From Sminthopsis crassicaudata (Eukaryota): DNA of 64,000 bases. The stretch is from contig NC_133619.1 in assembly GCF_048593235.1 (NCBI RefSeq), forward strand, positions 251,796,454 through 251,860,453, read 5' to 3'. The position numbers were made by a program, and so were the translations under genes. Below are positions 1 to 12,439 of this stretch, piece by piece; position 1 is the stretch's first letter; the number at the start of each line of letters is the position of its first letter. Under the pieces are notes generated by a model. It was given only the letters and a program-made list of their open reading frames with translations. It ran no database searches and was not told the origin of the DNA.

Positions 1-69
1 GGCCAAATTGCAACTTCCCAAATAGCAAACCAGCAGCTGCTACGGGAATCTAGTGTGATAGCAAGCCAG
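1..69 (+). CDS. NPAS2: NPAS2 coding exon (5' part cut by window edge)
   Basis: Reads GQIATSQIANQQLLRESSVIASQ, then a GTAACT donor at 70; phase 0, in frame with the next exon. Confidence 0.85.
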
Positions 70-980
70 GTAACTATGTTTTTCTTCCAGATTCCATTAT
101 CCCAACAGTTGTAGGTAGACACCAAGGAGGAAAGACATGAATTGTTATTGATAAGGAAAGGAGGAAAACTGGAGAGTGGAAGATAATTTGAAACTGAGTC
201 AAAAGAAATGATTATTTTTTTCAGAAGATTTTCTTTCTTTCTTTCTTTTTTTTTTAAGTAAGTCTCAAGGTTCATTTGGCTCCATATCTTAATAACATAT
301 TCTCTCCTCCTCCTTTTATTTGTTTTCTGATTTGCTTCAAAAGGTATCTTAGAACTAGCCTTTTCAGCCTTGTTCCTAACTTGAGATGGCTAAAAAGGAG
401 AGAGAAGAGCATCCTTCTAAATTTGCAGAGTCAAATCTAGGTTTGACATAAAGAAAAAAAATTCTAACAATTAGGATATCTAAAAATAGAAATGGAATTT
501 AAGACCTCAGATGATATGAATTCCTTCTCATTGGAGACCTTCAAACAAAGACTGGGTGTCCACTTGTTGCATATATTTTAAAGAAGGATTCTTATTCAGG
601 TACAGGTTGGACTAGATAGACTCTGATCTCCCCTGAGATTCTAGGTACTAGATATTCAGGTCACTTTATGTAAGCATCTGAATATAAGTGCTATCCATAC
701 TCCTGATTTTACAGACACAGATTGGTGCAGGTTAGCCTTCCTTGTTGCCCTTTTCCTGATGCTGCCTGTGCTCTCAGAATTATCTGCCAATTATATGCCT
801 GTCCAACTTACAACATCAGCCAAACCACAAGGTTTCTCTTCTAAAGAGGGTCTATTCTTGTCTTATTCCTGAATGATGACAAAATAGGTAGACGAGATCT
901 GGCAGAAACTGGCAGGATGAAAAGTACCTTTCAGACTTCTTTTATTAAGACATATCTTCCTCCTTAAAATCATGCTCCAG

Positions 981-1168
981 GGTCAAAAACCAATGAGAAG
1001 TACACAAGTCATGCAAGGAAATGGCCACTCCGTGAGCAGCTTAACCTCACAGTTCAGCAGCACAGCCTTACTCCCACAAGCGCTAAGCCTGACCACACCT
1101 GGTTCTGTCACCCAGGATACTGGACAGTGTCATCCCAGTCCAGACTTCAGCCATGATAGACAACTCAG
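981..1168 (+). CDS. NPAS2: NPAS2 coding exon
   Basis: CAG acceptor 978-980, GQKPMRSTQ...[17 protein letters not shown] donor at 1169; matches the NPAS2 C-terminal region. Confidence 0.95.
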
Positions 1169-1194
1169 GTATAAACAATATCTTTTTTGTTTGT

Positions 1195-1430
1195 TTGTTT
1201 TTATTTTTTGCTTATTTTTAAAAACTAAATTATTTTTCAATTAAGAATGTTTATTTTCTCTTCCTCCCATCTCCCCACATTAGGTTGGAGATGGGAAGAC
1301 AAAAATAAAGCCCTTCTAATAATACATGTATATCTCTACATTGACCATATCTAAAAATGTGTATTTCTTTCTACATATTCTCCATCACCTTTCTGACAGG
1401 AAGTGAGTAGTGTGCTTCATTTTAACTATG
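1195..1430 (-). mobile_element. Old L1 3'-end fragment
   Basis: Resembles degenerate marsupial L1 3' UTR sequence, similar to 45960-46400; boundaries approximate. Confidence 0.5.
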
Positions 1431-1465
1431 TAAAATTAATGCATTTCTTTAAAAAGTAACTGATA

Positions 1466-1550
1466 GAAGTTTTTACAAGGGTCAATGTTGAAAAATTATC
1501 CATGCATATGTTTTGTATATAAAAAGCTATAATAAAAAAATATAAAAAAA
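1466..1550 (+). mobile_element. 85-bp 5'-truncated L1 3' tail with perfect TSD
   Basis: 15-bp direct repeat AAAAAGTAACTGATA at 1451-1465 and 1551-1565; A-rich tail; body resembles 34740-34800. Confidence 0.85.
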
Positions 1551-1841
1551 AAAAAGTAACTGATAATCTATCTTAAAGTGGTCCCTTAGATTTCCTTTCC
1601 ATTGTTGAAGATGAAGGTAAAGGAAATTCAGATATTCTTATGAAGCAAAAAGCTGCGTAGCACAGAAAGTACAAAAGCCCAGTGGACAGACCAAATCAGC
1701 TAGGTACCTCCTAAGTAAATTTAAGTTGAAATAGAAGGTATTTGAATTAAAGGTAAACATACCAAGGATTGATAGACCCTATAGAGTGGATCAGGCATTA
1801 CAAAAAGGGTAAAGAAAATTATTTTCTCTCTCTTCCCAAAG

Positions 1842-1934
1842 ACTGCTGCTTAGCCAACCAATCCAGCCAATGATGCCTGGGTCATGTGATGCAAGGAGGT
1901 CCTCAGACCCTGGTGGCACTGGTCGACAAGTAAA
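1842..1934 (+). CDS. NPAS2: NPAS2 coding exon
   Basis: Pyrimidine tract plus AG at 1840-1841; (R)[30 protein letters not shown](K); GTACGT donor at 1935. Not in the ORF track. Confidence 0.95.
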
Positions 1935-2265
1935 GTACGTGGTTGAGGGAAGGGGTTGGGGGGAAGGAGAATGGAAAATTGAATTGTCATCATAATATGA
2001 TTTTCCTCCTACTAGAATCAGAAGTAATTGTTTTGATTATGTATTTAGATATTGAGTCCTTTTAAAAAAGGCCCCTGTTCTGCACTCTCCTTCCATAACA
2101 GTAACATTCCCTTTACCCCTAATTACTTAAATTAATAAATTGTGGTACTGACTCCACCTCATGTACCTTACTACTTAAGTCTGAAGAGCCTCCACTCTCA
2201 GACCATAAACTTCAGTGGGCCCGGGTTAGCTACACTAAACCCACAGTACCTTTTTTATGATTTCT

Positions 2266-2437
2266 TTCTTTCTTTTTTTTTTTTTTTTTTTTTTTTTTTG
2301 GAGGCTGGGGTTAAGTGACTTGCCCAGGGTCACACAGCTAGGAAATGTTAAGTGTTAAGTGTCTGAGACCAGATTTGAACTCGGGTCCTCCTGAATTCAA
2401 GGCTGGTGCTCTATCTACTGCGCCACCCAGCTGCCCC
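2266..2437 (-). mobile_element. Young marsupial tRNA/CORE SINE (WSINE1-like)
   Basis: Long T tract, SINE body ending CTGCCCC; perfect 17-bp TSD CCTTTTTTATGATTTCT at 2249-2265 and 2438-2454. Confidence 0.9.
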
Positions 2438-3519
2438 CCTTTTTTATGATTTCTAAACAATGATATTGAGAAGTAGTTGGAAAGTAGTCTCTTGAATCCA
2501 CCTTCTCACATATACTAGAGACTGACCTATCAATGCCTTGAGAAAATCCTTTAAGATTTAAAGAAGAATTGCTGTTCTGATAAGTTTTAGTTTGTTTTTG
2601 TTTTGTTTTTTTGTTTTTTTACTGGGAGCTCCTTATAAAACAACAATGAAATCACAGATCTTGTTTCTACCACCCCTCTCTAGCCCCACTGTCCTACCCA
2701 ACCCCCTTCCTACTCCCCCCACCACAAAAACAATCCAACACACAAAAAGCCCCACTAATAGTAACTTTGATTCTGCCAGCCTGTAGCAATGGTGATGTAT
2801 CAGTAGGATATTAAGAAATTTGTAAAATTTATTTCCACCTCCATCCACAAAAATATTCTTCCCCTTCCCCCTTTGCTTATATCATTAGGCCTGAGGATCA
2901 GAATAGAAATGTGTTCAACAGCACTATTGACTATTCTCTTATTAGTAGGGTCAGTATCACTAGAAACATGAAATTGAATATTTGAAAAGCTATTGGAAAA
3001 ATAAAATGTTTCCATGCCTTGAATGTGAGAATGAAATAGAAATATCTGTCAGATAATGCCCTTTCAATAAGATTCTGGCTTAATTTTTGTAAGAAAGCTA
3101 TCATTCAACAAAGAACCATACAGAGATTCTGGAAGAGACATCTACCTGCTTTTGAGAGGTGTCCTTCCTAGGCTTCCATTTTCTCCAACTCTAAGCTTAT
3201 CTTGGACCACTTTCATTGGCACATTCCTTTCACCCCACAATTCTACAGAAAAATCATCCTTGGTTCCTTTCCAAGGTATATAAAGAATGACTCATTTCAC
3301 AATAGTCTTGAATAACCTCAAACCCTTGTTGTCCAATTAAGTCTCCTCTTAGACACACAGTAGCATTCTTTTTAAACTCCCTAAACCCAAAGATTCAGCT
3401 AATGTTTCTAATTGAGTTTTTAACCTGTCTTACCCGTGTGATCCAAGTAATTGGAGGCAAACTTTCTATGGTTATAATAGTAACATAACTCCTATTAATA
3501 TAGCTCTTTAAGCAAAGCA

Positions 3520-4260
3520 CATGTTATCTCATTTGACCTTCACAACAAACCTGTGAGGTAGATGCTAATTTCATCCCCACTTTGCAGATTAGGAAACTGA
3601 GGCTGAGATTTGCCCAGGATCAGAGTTAAATAACTATCTAAACCAGTATTTGAATTTAGGTGAACTTAGGTGTTCCAAGTCCTTTACTCTATCTACCAGT
3701 TCACTTATCTACTAGTTATGTTTGTTTTTAGTGATGCTTTAAGTTAAGTCAGTGGATATCGAAATTCTTTATTTTGTGAATTCTAACTTTTTAAAAGTCT
3801 AACTAGGTGACACATTGGAATTAGTGTTGAGGCAGGAAAACCTGAGTTCAAATTAGGCCTCAGACATTTACTGGCTGTGCAAATTTGAGCATGTAACCTT
3901 TTTCTGCTTCAGTTTCCTCATCTGTAAAATGGGACTAATAATAGACTGATAAGCTCCCAGGATTGTTGAGAGGACCAAATGAAATAATAATTTTAAGTAT
4001 TTAGCCCAGTGCTAGCCACACAGTAAACATTATGTAAATGTTAACGATTTAAAAAAAAAAAACTGGCATTTCTATAGCAACTTACCTCTTTTGCTCCTCA
4101 CAAATTCATGAGCTAGATATAACAGGTACTATTCTCCTCATTTTACAGATAAGGAAATTGAGTGATTAAGTGTCTTGCTCATGATCACATGGCTAATAAG
4201 TGTCAGAAATGGAACTGAACCTGGATCTGGCCTGACTTCAAATTCTATCCATTATGCTCT
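3520..4260. mobile_element. Cluster of MIR/CORE-SINE fragments
   Basis: CORE motifs such as CAGTTTCCTCATCTGTAAAATGGG and GGAAACTGAGGC in both orientations. Confidence 0.7.
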
Positions 4261-4441
4261 TTTCCAACTTGGATTTTTTAGGTTAAGTTATTTGTAGCCA
4301 ATAGAATTCCGATGCTTTTGATTCCATTTTTCTTATCTCTCCTGATTTTCTACAGAACAATAAGTTGACTTCTTAATGTCAATTGACTTTGAATATCTCA
4401 TTCTTAAAACTATCTTTTTCTTCCCTCATGAAATCTAATAG

Positions 4442-4613
4442 ATATCCTCAGAGTCCATCTGGATTTCCAAGTCTGGAAGTGCAAACCTCTAGCAGCAGCA
4501 CCTCCACCCCTATTCTGCTGATGGGACAAGCTGTGTTGCATCCTGGCTTCTCTACCACTCAGCCATCCCCCTTGCAGCCTCTACAGCCCCAGCAGCCACC
4601 ACACTATTTGCAG
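4442..4613 (+). CDS. NPAS2: NPAS2 coding exon
   Basis: AG at 4440-4441; YPQSPSG...[12 protein letters not shown]...QQPPHYLQ; GTAGGA donor at 4614; phases consistent. Confidence 0.95.
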
Positions 4614-4708
4614 GTAGGAGATGGGCAGATAATTTAGGAACAGGAGACTTCTGTGATGGACTATATCAAGAAGAGATAAGAGTTGGCAAAGCCTGTTTCA
4701 ACTCTTGA

Positions 4709-4905
4709 TTTAGACCAAAAGTTTTTAAGCTGCAATCGTGAACTTGGCATTTTTAAAAAATATTTTGATAACTACAATTCAGTGATCTTTTGTAACATAC
4801 TTTGTTGTTGCATTTAAAAACATTATTCTGAGAAGGGATCCCTAGACTTCACTAGGATGACAAAGGAGTCCACGATCTATACAAAAAATGGTTAAGAACT
4901 ATTTG
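4709..4905. mobile_element. Old hAT-Charlie-like non-autonomous DNA transposon (family A)
   Basis: Shares the TGCATTTAAAAACATT.TCTG...AAGG.TCC.TAG.CTT.ACTAGA motif with 56420-56530 and, in reverse, 36930-37127. Confidence 0.55.
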
Positions 4906-5515
4906 TTTAATGATCACTCAAGGGTCTTAAAGAAATGTCCATGCCAAAGATGGTCCCTGAACAGGTTCAATATTTGGTAAGATTTCTTGATTGCTTTATT
5001 GGAATACACAATAATACAGGAAATTACTTTATTAAAAAAAAACCTATGGAAAAATAACAATGAACAAACACAATTCGATTCAACTCAATTATTAAGTAGC
5101 TATTTTGTGCAATTCACTATGATAGGCACTGTAGATACAAAAATGAAATAAGCCACAGACTCTGTCTACAAGTAGCTCACAATCTAATAAGAAAAATAAT
5201 ATATACCCTGTTTTGATGCCCTTTATTCTTCTCTTGTGGCACAATTTTCTCTCACCTAGAATTCCTTCCATTCATTGAATCAGGAGGGAAGCAGTAAGAA
5301 GTAGCATTGTTGAAAAAGAGGCAACATCTTATGCCATGTATCCACAGATACTTTCAGAGTATATCCCCCTGGCTTCCACTCATGATTAATGAAATAGTGT
5401 GGATTAACCATTTGGGGATGTTATCTGCATCCCTTCCCTCTGAAGGTAGCTCTGAATCTAGTTGAGCAAAGGACAATTATTGTAAATTAAGTTTGTTTGT
5501 TTGTTTGTTTGTTAG

Positions 5516-5722
5516 GTACAGACACCAACCTCTTTGCACAATGAACAGCAAGACTCTCTGCTTCTACCAGCCTATTCACAACAAGGGACCATGGGATATC
5601 ATCCCACACCCCCACAGCCACCACCACCACCACCACCACAGCCGCCACCACCACCTCCACATTCGTCCCGAAGGCCTAGCAGTTTATCAGAGTCCTCAAG
5701 CCTCCAGCAGCCTCCACGATAG
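5516..5722 (+). CDS. NPAS2: NPAS2 last coding exon
   Basis: TAG acceptor 5513-5515; [17 protein letters not shown]...[14 protein letters not shown] (TAG), the characteristic NPAS2 C-terminus. The five exons total 729 nt = 242 aa + stop. Confidence 0.96.
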   Translation, partial: VQTPTSLHNEQQDSLLLPAYSQQGTMGYHPTPPQPPPPPPPQPPPPPPHSSRRPSSLSESSSLQQPPR

Positions 5723-6993
5723 AATGCCAACAGAATGTCAATACACAATCAGCTTTAACCAATGGACAAAGAGGGACGGGGCAGGGGAGAAAAGGATTTT
5801 GGATCTAAACTTTTGGCTTTTGCACACTGCAGAATACATTTCAGAACTCCTAGATCTCAGAGTGCAGGTTGCAATAGATAGAAAATTATCAAGATCTGGT
5901 TGTCCTTGGTTCCCCTGGCTCAGTGGATCTCGATGTACTCTACAGCCATACATGACCACTCAGACTGGAAATGAACAGTATTCTGTGTGAATCCCATCCT
6001 TATTGGGTAAACACTTGGAGAAAGCACTTTTTGCTACATCCTTGTGAGCACATCCATTTTACTCCAGCTGACTGTGGAACTGTCTATATGAAATATTTGG
6101 CCTTTATTCTTTCAATCTTCTTTCCTTTGCATTTGAGAAGCACTGGGTCAAAGATCTGTTGAAGAGAGAAAGAACAAGAGATTATTTTTATTATTGTTAA
6201 TATTTTTTTTGCACAACTGCACAGAAGAAATAACTTAGGCACTTTCTGTATAAAATTAAAAAAATAAAATAAAAGTCTATTTACTTCATGTCGTGACCAC
6301 AACTACAAAAACAGGCAGAGCTGGTCATACTCTCCAACCTAAAGCTACAGAACAGACCTTTTAACCCTTCCTGTTCTGGTAGTTATTTTGGGTTTGGTTT
6401 CTTTCTTAAGAAAATAACACTGGACTATACCTGTTTACTTTATTAATTACAACTACAAAGGAGGACTCAAACGGTAAGCACAATCATGCAGCTGATATTC
6501 TGGAATTCTGTTGAGACACTTAAGAACACAAAGAGGATATATTTCTGCCTCCCAAACAGTTGATCACCTCTGTTTGGGGCTACAGGTCACTGAGGAAAAT
6601 GCACTGTGTTTTGGCCCATTGAATGGGGATGCTGCATCTTATTACATATCTTTCATGATAAATACCTAGGATTGAATTTTCCTTTAAAAATGCACTTTTT
6701 GCTTTTTTTGTATGTTTTGTTATGTTGAGATGTTTCTAAAGAAAAGATTTTATGTAATTATAAAACATAGTGTATTGTACAGCTGTTGTAATAATGACCT
6801 ATTTCTATAAAAAATAAAATTGTATGGAATTATGTGTAAATTATTTTGTATCTGAAACACCAGTTCATTTCACAAGTATAAAAGTTTTCTTGTGCTTTTC
6901 TGTGAGTGGACATTTTGTAATAAATTAACAAATTTGTACAATTTCCTATGGAGGCAATTCCTGTCTCTTGCTATGTTTAGATATACATAAACG

Positions 6994-7033
<40 letters not shown>

Positions 7034-7130
7034 CATATATATACGTATATGTATTTATGAGTAAACATGTAATTGTCTTTATTTCTGAATGCATTCATAT
7101 TCAATAAAATAAAAGTGAGAGGTGGGTGTG
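5723..7130 (+). other. NPAS2: NPAS2 3' UTR (end approximate)
   Basis: AU-rich, largely repeat-free sequence after the stop; AATAAA at 6813-6818, 6919-6924, 7103-7108 and 7108-7113; MIR-type repeats resume after ~7120. Confidence 0.7.
7103..7113 (+). terminator. Overlapping double AATAAA, likely distal NPAS2 polyA signal
   Basis: tcAATAAAATAAAag followed by GT-rich sequence. Confidence 0.6.
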
Positions 7131-10100
7131 ACATAATGGATAGAGAACTGGTCTCAAAGGTGGGAAGACCAAGGCTCATGTCCTTGCATATTAGCTGAGG
7201 GACCTTGGGTAAGTGATTTATCTCTCAGGATTATCAATTATTGTAAATAAGTTTTAGAAAAGGTTCCCTTCTATATCTTATGAGTGAAATCACAAGTCTA
7301 ATCCATATTAATCTATATAACTAAGAAAGAAAAGAAGCATCCTCTCTAAAGAGAGCTTAGGAGAACTTAAAAACCAGCAGCTGTCTCATTAACTTCCTGT
7401 AGGACCTTAAATAAATTACCTCATCACTCTGGGCCTCAGTTTCCCTATTAGTGATTTAAAGATGTTGGGCTAAATGGCATCTAAGGTATGTTCCAGTTCT
7501 GACATTGAGATGAAGTGTAGTATGGTGAGTAGGCCACTGGACTTGGAATCAGAAAAGACAGGTCTAAGGATTGCACTTGTGATTTCATTGGTATAGAGAA
7601 CTCCCAGCTGAGAAAATTTCTGCCAGTGCAGGTTGGTACCTTTTCTGAAACTCAACATTTTCTAGAGCACAAGGAGAGGTTGAAGGATTTACCCAATGTC
7701 ATACAGCAAATATATCCTAGAAGACCCAGAAGTGGTTTTCCTGACCAGCCCTTTCTTCATTGCACTATGGAAGTCCTGAGTCCAAATGCCAGCTCAAACA
7801 CTCCCTGTGTTGCCCAGAACCACTTGCTTTGCTTACACTCCAGTGTCCTCATTTGCAAAATATAAATGTTAGATTTGATGGCCCCTTCTAGCTTTGAACA
7901 TATTGCTCTGATTCTGTGGCATTAAGTGATGACATACACTACCCAGATTCAAGTATTTGCCTTTAAATCGACCACAAAATTGAGAGTATCTATGGCTGTC
8001 GGTAAGCTTGAACCAGACACAATGGAAAGTTTGTTCCACCTGACCTGAAAGAAACCTGAGGCTGGGTTAACAGTAAATGTCTTCATGTTTTAACTCTGGA
8101 GCAAATGCTAGTTTGAATGAGATGTTAAGAACGTGTTAGCCTGCCCTAATTAGATTTCTTATCTGAGATGCCATTCTAATTCAAATTAAAACGAAATCAG
8201 GTGAAGATAATTCAGCTTAAAGATAGCAACAAAATCCAAGAATCTTACTCTAGGAAAAAAAACACTAGTTTATCACATATAAATGCCCCACAAAACACCC
8301 AGCTATTCAGAATTCTCCTCAAAACATAAATGAATTAAATCTATCTGATTTAGCAACCTGGAAATAAGAAAATCAAATAATGATCTACAATATTCTTTCT
8401 TGAGGTCCTTCAGCATAATGTGTAGCTAAGTGACACAATGGATAGAGGGCTGGGCCTTTTGATCAGGAAAGCCCGTATTCAAATCCAGCCTCAGACATGA
8501 TATGATCCTGTGTAATTCATTACCACCTGTATGCCTCAGTTTCCTCATCTGCAAAATGGAGCTTATTCCCTTTCAGGATTGTCAGAAGAATCAAATGAGA
8601 TTAAGATTTGTAAAGCACAGTGTCTCACTATACACTAAGTGCTTAACTAAATGCTTGTTTCCTTTCTTCCAACAGGAGAACATAGTTCCAGCTCTGGTTC
8701 TTTCACTAAGTAACCATGTAACTGTTGAGAAGCCATATAACCTCTCTCCACCTTAGCTTCAGCATTGTCAAAAGGTTGTCCTTACAGAGTTATGAGTCTA
8801 CAGTGAAATATGTGAGAACATTAGGAGGAAAAAAAGCAAAATATTGTATAAAATGCAGGTGTTCTGAAAAGTGTCTTTTTTGTCAATCAAAACATTTAAA
8901 ATACATTAGGTACGTTAGAATATTCATCATTAAAAAAACAAACAAACCTTAAAGAGAGTTCTATTTTAAAATAAAGAATGGAGTAATCACTGCCTAAAAC
9001 ATGATTCTTCAGTAAGTTCAAAATGTCATCTATTAGGGTCTCTTTAAGAAATCTTGCTTTATTTAATCAGCCAATTTTCAGAATTTCCTCTTCTTAGAAG
9101 AAAAAGCTAATTAATAGATACATAACCGAGTTCTTCTGATTCTTTATACCTAGAAGACATAAATGTGTCAGGGAAGGGCATATCATGACATCGATTTATC
9201 TTTTCTCAGAATGCTGCCTTTCAAATATTCAGAATTTGGAGAAATTTGGAAAAAAGTATTAGTAATTCCTTTGTTCATTCTTTAAACCCATACACTTAGC
9301 AAGAGCTTTTTTTTTTTAGCTCTACAGCTTATGATTAATTGATATTTTGTTTGTTAAAATACTGTTTCACTGCATTATCTTTTTTTTTCAGGGAAAAACT
9401 ATGATTTGTCCATTTGTTTTGGCTCACCAGGCATGAATAGGGTATATAAACTTTGGAACACACTAGATTTCTGAGGGTTTAGAAACAAAATCTACTTTCC
9501 TCTATCACTAATGGCAACTGCAGTTCATTAAGTGAAAGATAATTTAAAGGCCTGTTTAAACATGTAAAATGAAGGACTACTGCAGTCATCTGGACAATAT
9601 CAATTTTTTAAACCCTTTTGTCATGATTATCTGGCAAAAGAGAAGTTGGTCTAAATTATTAAAAAAAAAAAAAAAAAAAAAAAAACTGCCTCCATAGTCT
9701 TTTTGCTTTGTTTTGTCTGCATAGGGCTTAGCCTGAAGGCTTTAGATTCAAACAATAGTACAATAAAGAAAGAGAGCTAAAGAAATAGACCAGATCTTGG
9801 GTGTAGACAGAGCAGGTGACTATTTTTTGGACAGACGTGCATGATGTTTATTCTTTCCTCTACATATGGGCATGATGATGAAAGTAGGCTTTCCTCAGCC
9901 TAACATGGTTCATTAAACATGGAGCTGAAATATATAGCCTTCTGGTTCATGCAAAACAGATTTTTTTTTTTCCCCTGAATAAACCTCAAGAAAAGTTTAT
10001 TATCTCCCTTTAGTATTTGTGCCTAGCTGGTTGATATTCACAGTTATATTCCCACTTTGAAAATGCTTTAAAAAAATGTTTCAGAATATACTACATGTCT

Positions 10101-11900
10101 TATTATGATACGTTTTAGCAGATTACTTCAAACTCATTATATTCTAATCCAAATTCATCATCTCCCCTCATCCAGTTCCCCTTCCCCAAATCAGTTCTCT
10201 TGCCCAATTTTCCTTTCAGTATAATTTTCAATTATACATGCTGGAAATTTTAGACATTTACTATTCTCTCTTATTCCCACATGTTCAGGCCTTTGTCAAG
10301 TTTAGCTCTTCATTCCTTCAAATATATCTACCCTTCTGCTCCATACTTAGTCCAGACTAGCCTTACAACTTCTCCTAGGAGGAGTATTTCCATAATAGTC
10401 TTCCTGATTACTCCAGTCTACTCTGCCCATGACAGCACACAACAAACATAAGAGGCAGGTTGGCATGGTGGCTGGGAAAAAGCTGGCTTCACAGAAGCAG
10501 TAAGTCTTGGTTCAATTCCTGATTTCTGACATATAGGTATAAAAGTATCCTTGGGTACTTAGTGGTACTCAATTCAGTACCCTACTTCAGTGCCCCAATT
10601 CAGACATTACATTGTAGAAGGTGCCCAACTATGGTAGAAAAAATTCCTCACTAAAAATTTCCAGTATCAGTTAAATATGAGATCTGGTTTCCCCCCTCTA
10701 ACTTCATCTCTCTCCCTCTCCCAATTTATTAAAAATTTATTGAGTCCTGTGGTAGGCTTTGAGAGAGAAGTTAAGGTAAGATACAATTTCTGCTGTCATA
10801 ATAACAGTTGGCATTTATTGTGTTTTGAAGTTTGTTGAATGTTTTATAATACATAATATCTTTGGATAATATCATGGATTTTATAGGCTAGAATTTATAT
10901 AGGCATCTAGGTGGTGCAGTGGAGTTAGGAGTGTTATAGTACCTGGAATTAGGAAGATCTGAGTTCAAATCCAGCCTCAGACACTTACTAGCTGTGTGAC
11001 TCTGGACAAGTCATTTAACTTTTATTTACCTCAGCTCCTCATTTGTAAAATGGGGATATTCTGGAGAAGCCAATGGCAAATAACTGCAGTATCTTTGCCA
11101 AGAAATCCATAATCAGTTGTCCATTGGGATCTCATAGAGTCAGAAATGACTGAACCACAAGCATTTATATAGTGCCTACTATGTATATAGCATTCTGCTA
11201 AGAGCTTTACAAATACTATCTCATTTGATCCTCACAATGACTATAAGGAAGGTGCCATTATTATCCTCATTTTCCAGTTATTGAAATTGAGGCAAACTGA
11301 GTATCTGAGGCCAGAACTCTGTTGCATGTTTCCAAGGAGAGGGCTCTGGGTTTAATTGGAAAGGTATTTAAAACAAAAAAACAATGGAATCAGGGTTTCA
11401 GAAGCTAAAGTGCAAGGTGAGGAAAAGATGACATAGGGACATCAGAAAGGAGTAGTCTGTTGGAATGGGTATGAGAGTGGTGGTCTGGGAAGGGAACTTA
11501 ATCCCTGGAGCAGTAGATTATCCCACTCTTGCTTCATAATATCAAAGGTAATGTTGATTTGATGATTAAACCTGATAAAGGTGTGCTAGTATAGGTGGTA
11601 GTGTGGATAGAGTTCCAGGCTTGAAACAGAAGGAAAGGAAGGAAAGGAAGATGGGACAAATCATTTAATCATATTTCTCTTAGTTTCCTCATCTGTAAAA
11701 TGAAAAGTTGGACATGATCAACAATAATGAAAGATCAAGTCGGGGGTGATTATGGAGTCTTGGTGGTTTGCCATTTCCCTCTTCAGTTCATTTTGACGGG
11801 GAACTGAAGCAAACAGGGTCTCTGAGGCCAGATTTGAATTCAGGAAGATGAGCCTTCAGGAATCTAGGCCCAGTGATCTATCCACTGCACAACCTAGCTG
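7120..11900. mobile_element. Intergenic region with many MIR/MAR-type SINE fragments
   Basis: Repeated CORE-SINE motifs at ~7120-7620, 8420-8660, 10450-10700, 10900-11310 and 11580-11900. Confidence 0.65.
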
Positions 11901-12100
11901 CCATAAGAGACATTGGGTAACGGGCAAAGATGGAGACATTAGACATTCTAAATATAGAGAACTATGAGCAAAGGTAGGGAGCACAATGTGTTATGGGGTA
12001 GCTAAGTGGTTTATGTTTAAGGCATAGTCCTTGAGAAAGAAATCTAGCCAATAAACCCTAAGATATCTAGGAAGGGTTCAGCAATTTAAAAAAAAGTTTT

Positions 12101-12240
12101 GGAGGGCAGCTAGGTGGTGCAGTGTGCACAACAGCCTTGAAGTCAGCCTGAGTTCAAATCAGGTCTCAGAACACTTAATACTTCCTAACTGCATGACTCT
12201 GGGCAAGTCACATAATCCCAATTGCCTCAGGGAAAAAAAA
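12101..12240 (+). mobile_element. WSINE1-like SINE
   Basis: GGGCAGCTAGGTGGTGCAGTG...GGCAAGTCACATAATCCCAATTGCCTC plus A tail. Confidence 0.8.
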
Positions 12241-12290
12241 TGTTTTAAAGACCATTCACAGGTTAGGGTATAATATTCTATGTGGACAAA

Positions 12291-12398
12291 GGGAAGGGGA
12301 AGAGGAAAAGGAGGAAGGAAAGAAGGAATAAAAGGCAGAAAGAAGGAAGAGAAGGAGGGAGGGAAGAAGAAAGGAAGAAGAGGGAAGGAAGAAAGGAA
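12291..12398. repeat. Polypurine low-complexity tract
   Basis: About 108 nt of G/A with only two pyrimidines. Confidence 0.9.
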
Positions 12399-12439
12399 GT
12401 TCCATTTGGATCATCAGTGGGGCAACTCTACTGACAGAG

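Noticed and set aside
5493-5990. 165-aa ORF with a poly-His tract
   Set aside because: It is the shifted reading of the NPAS2 CCA/polyproline repeat, starts within the intronic GTTT repeat, and has no independent support.
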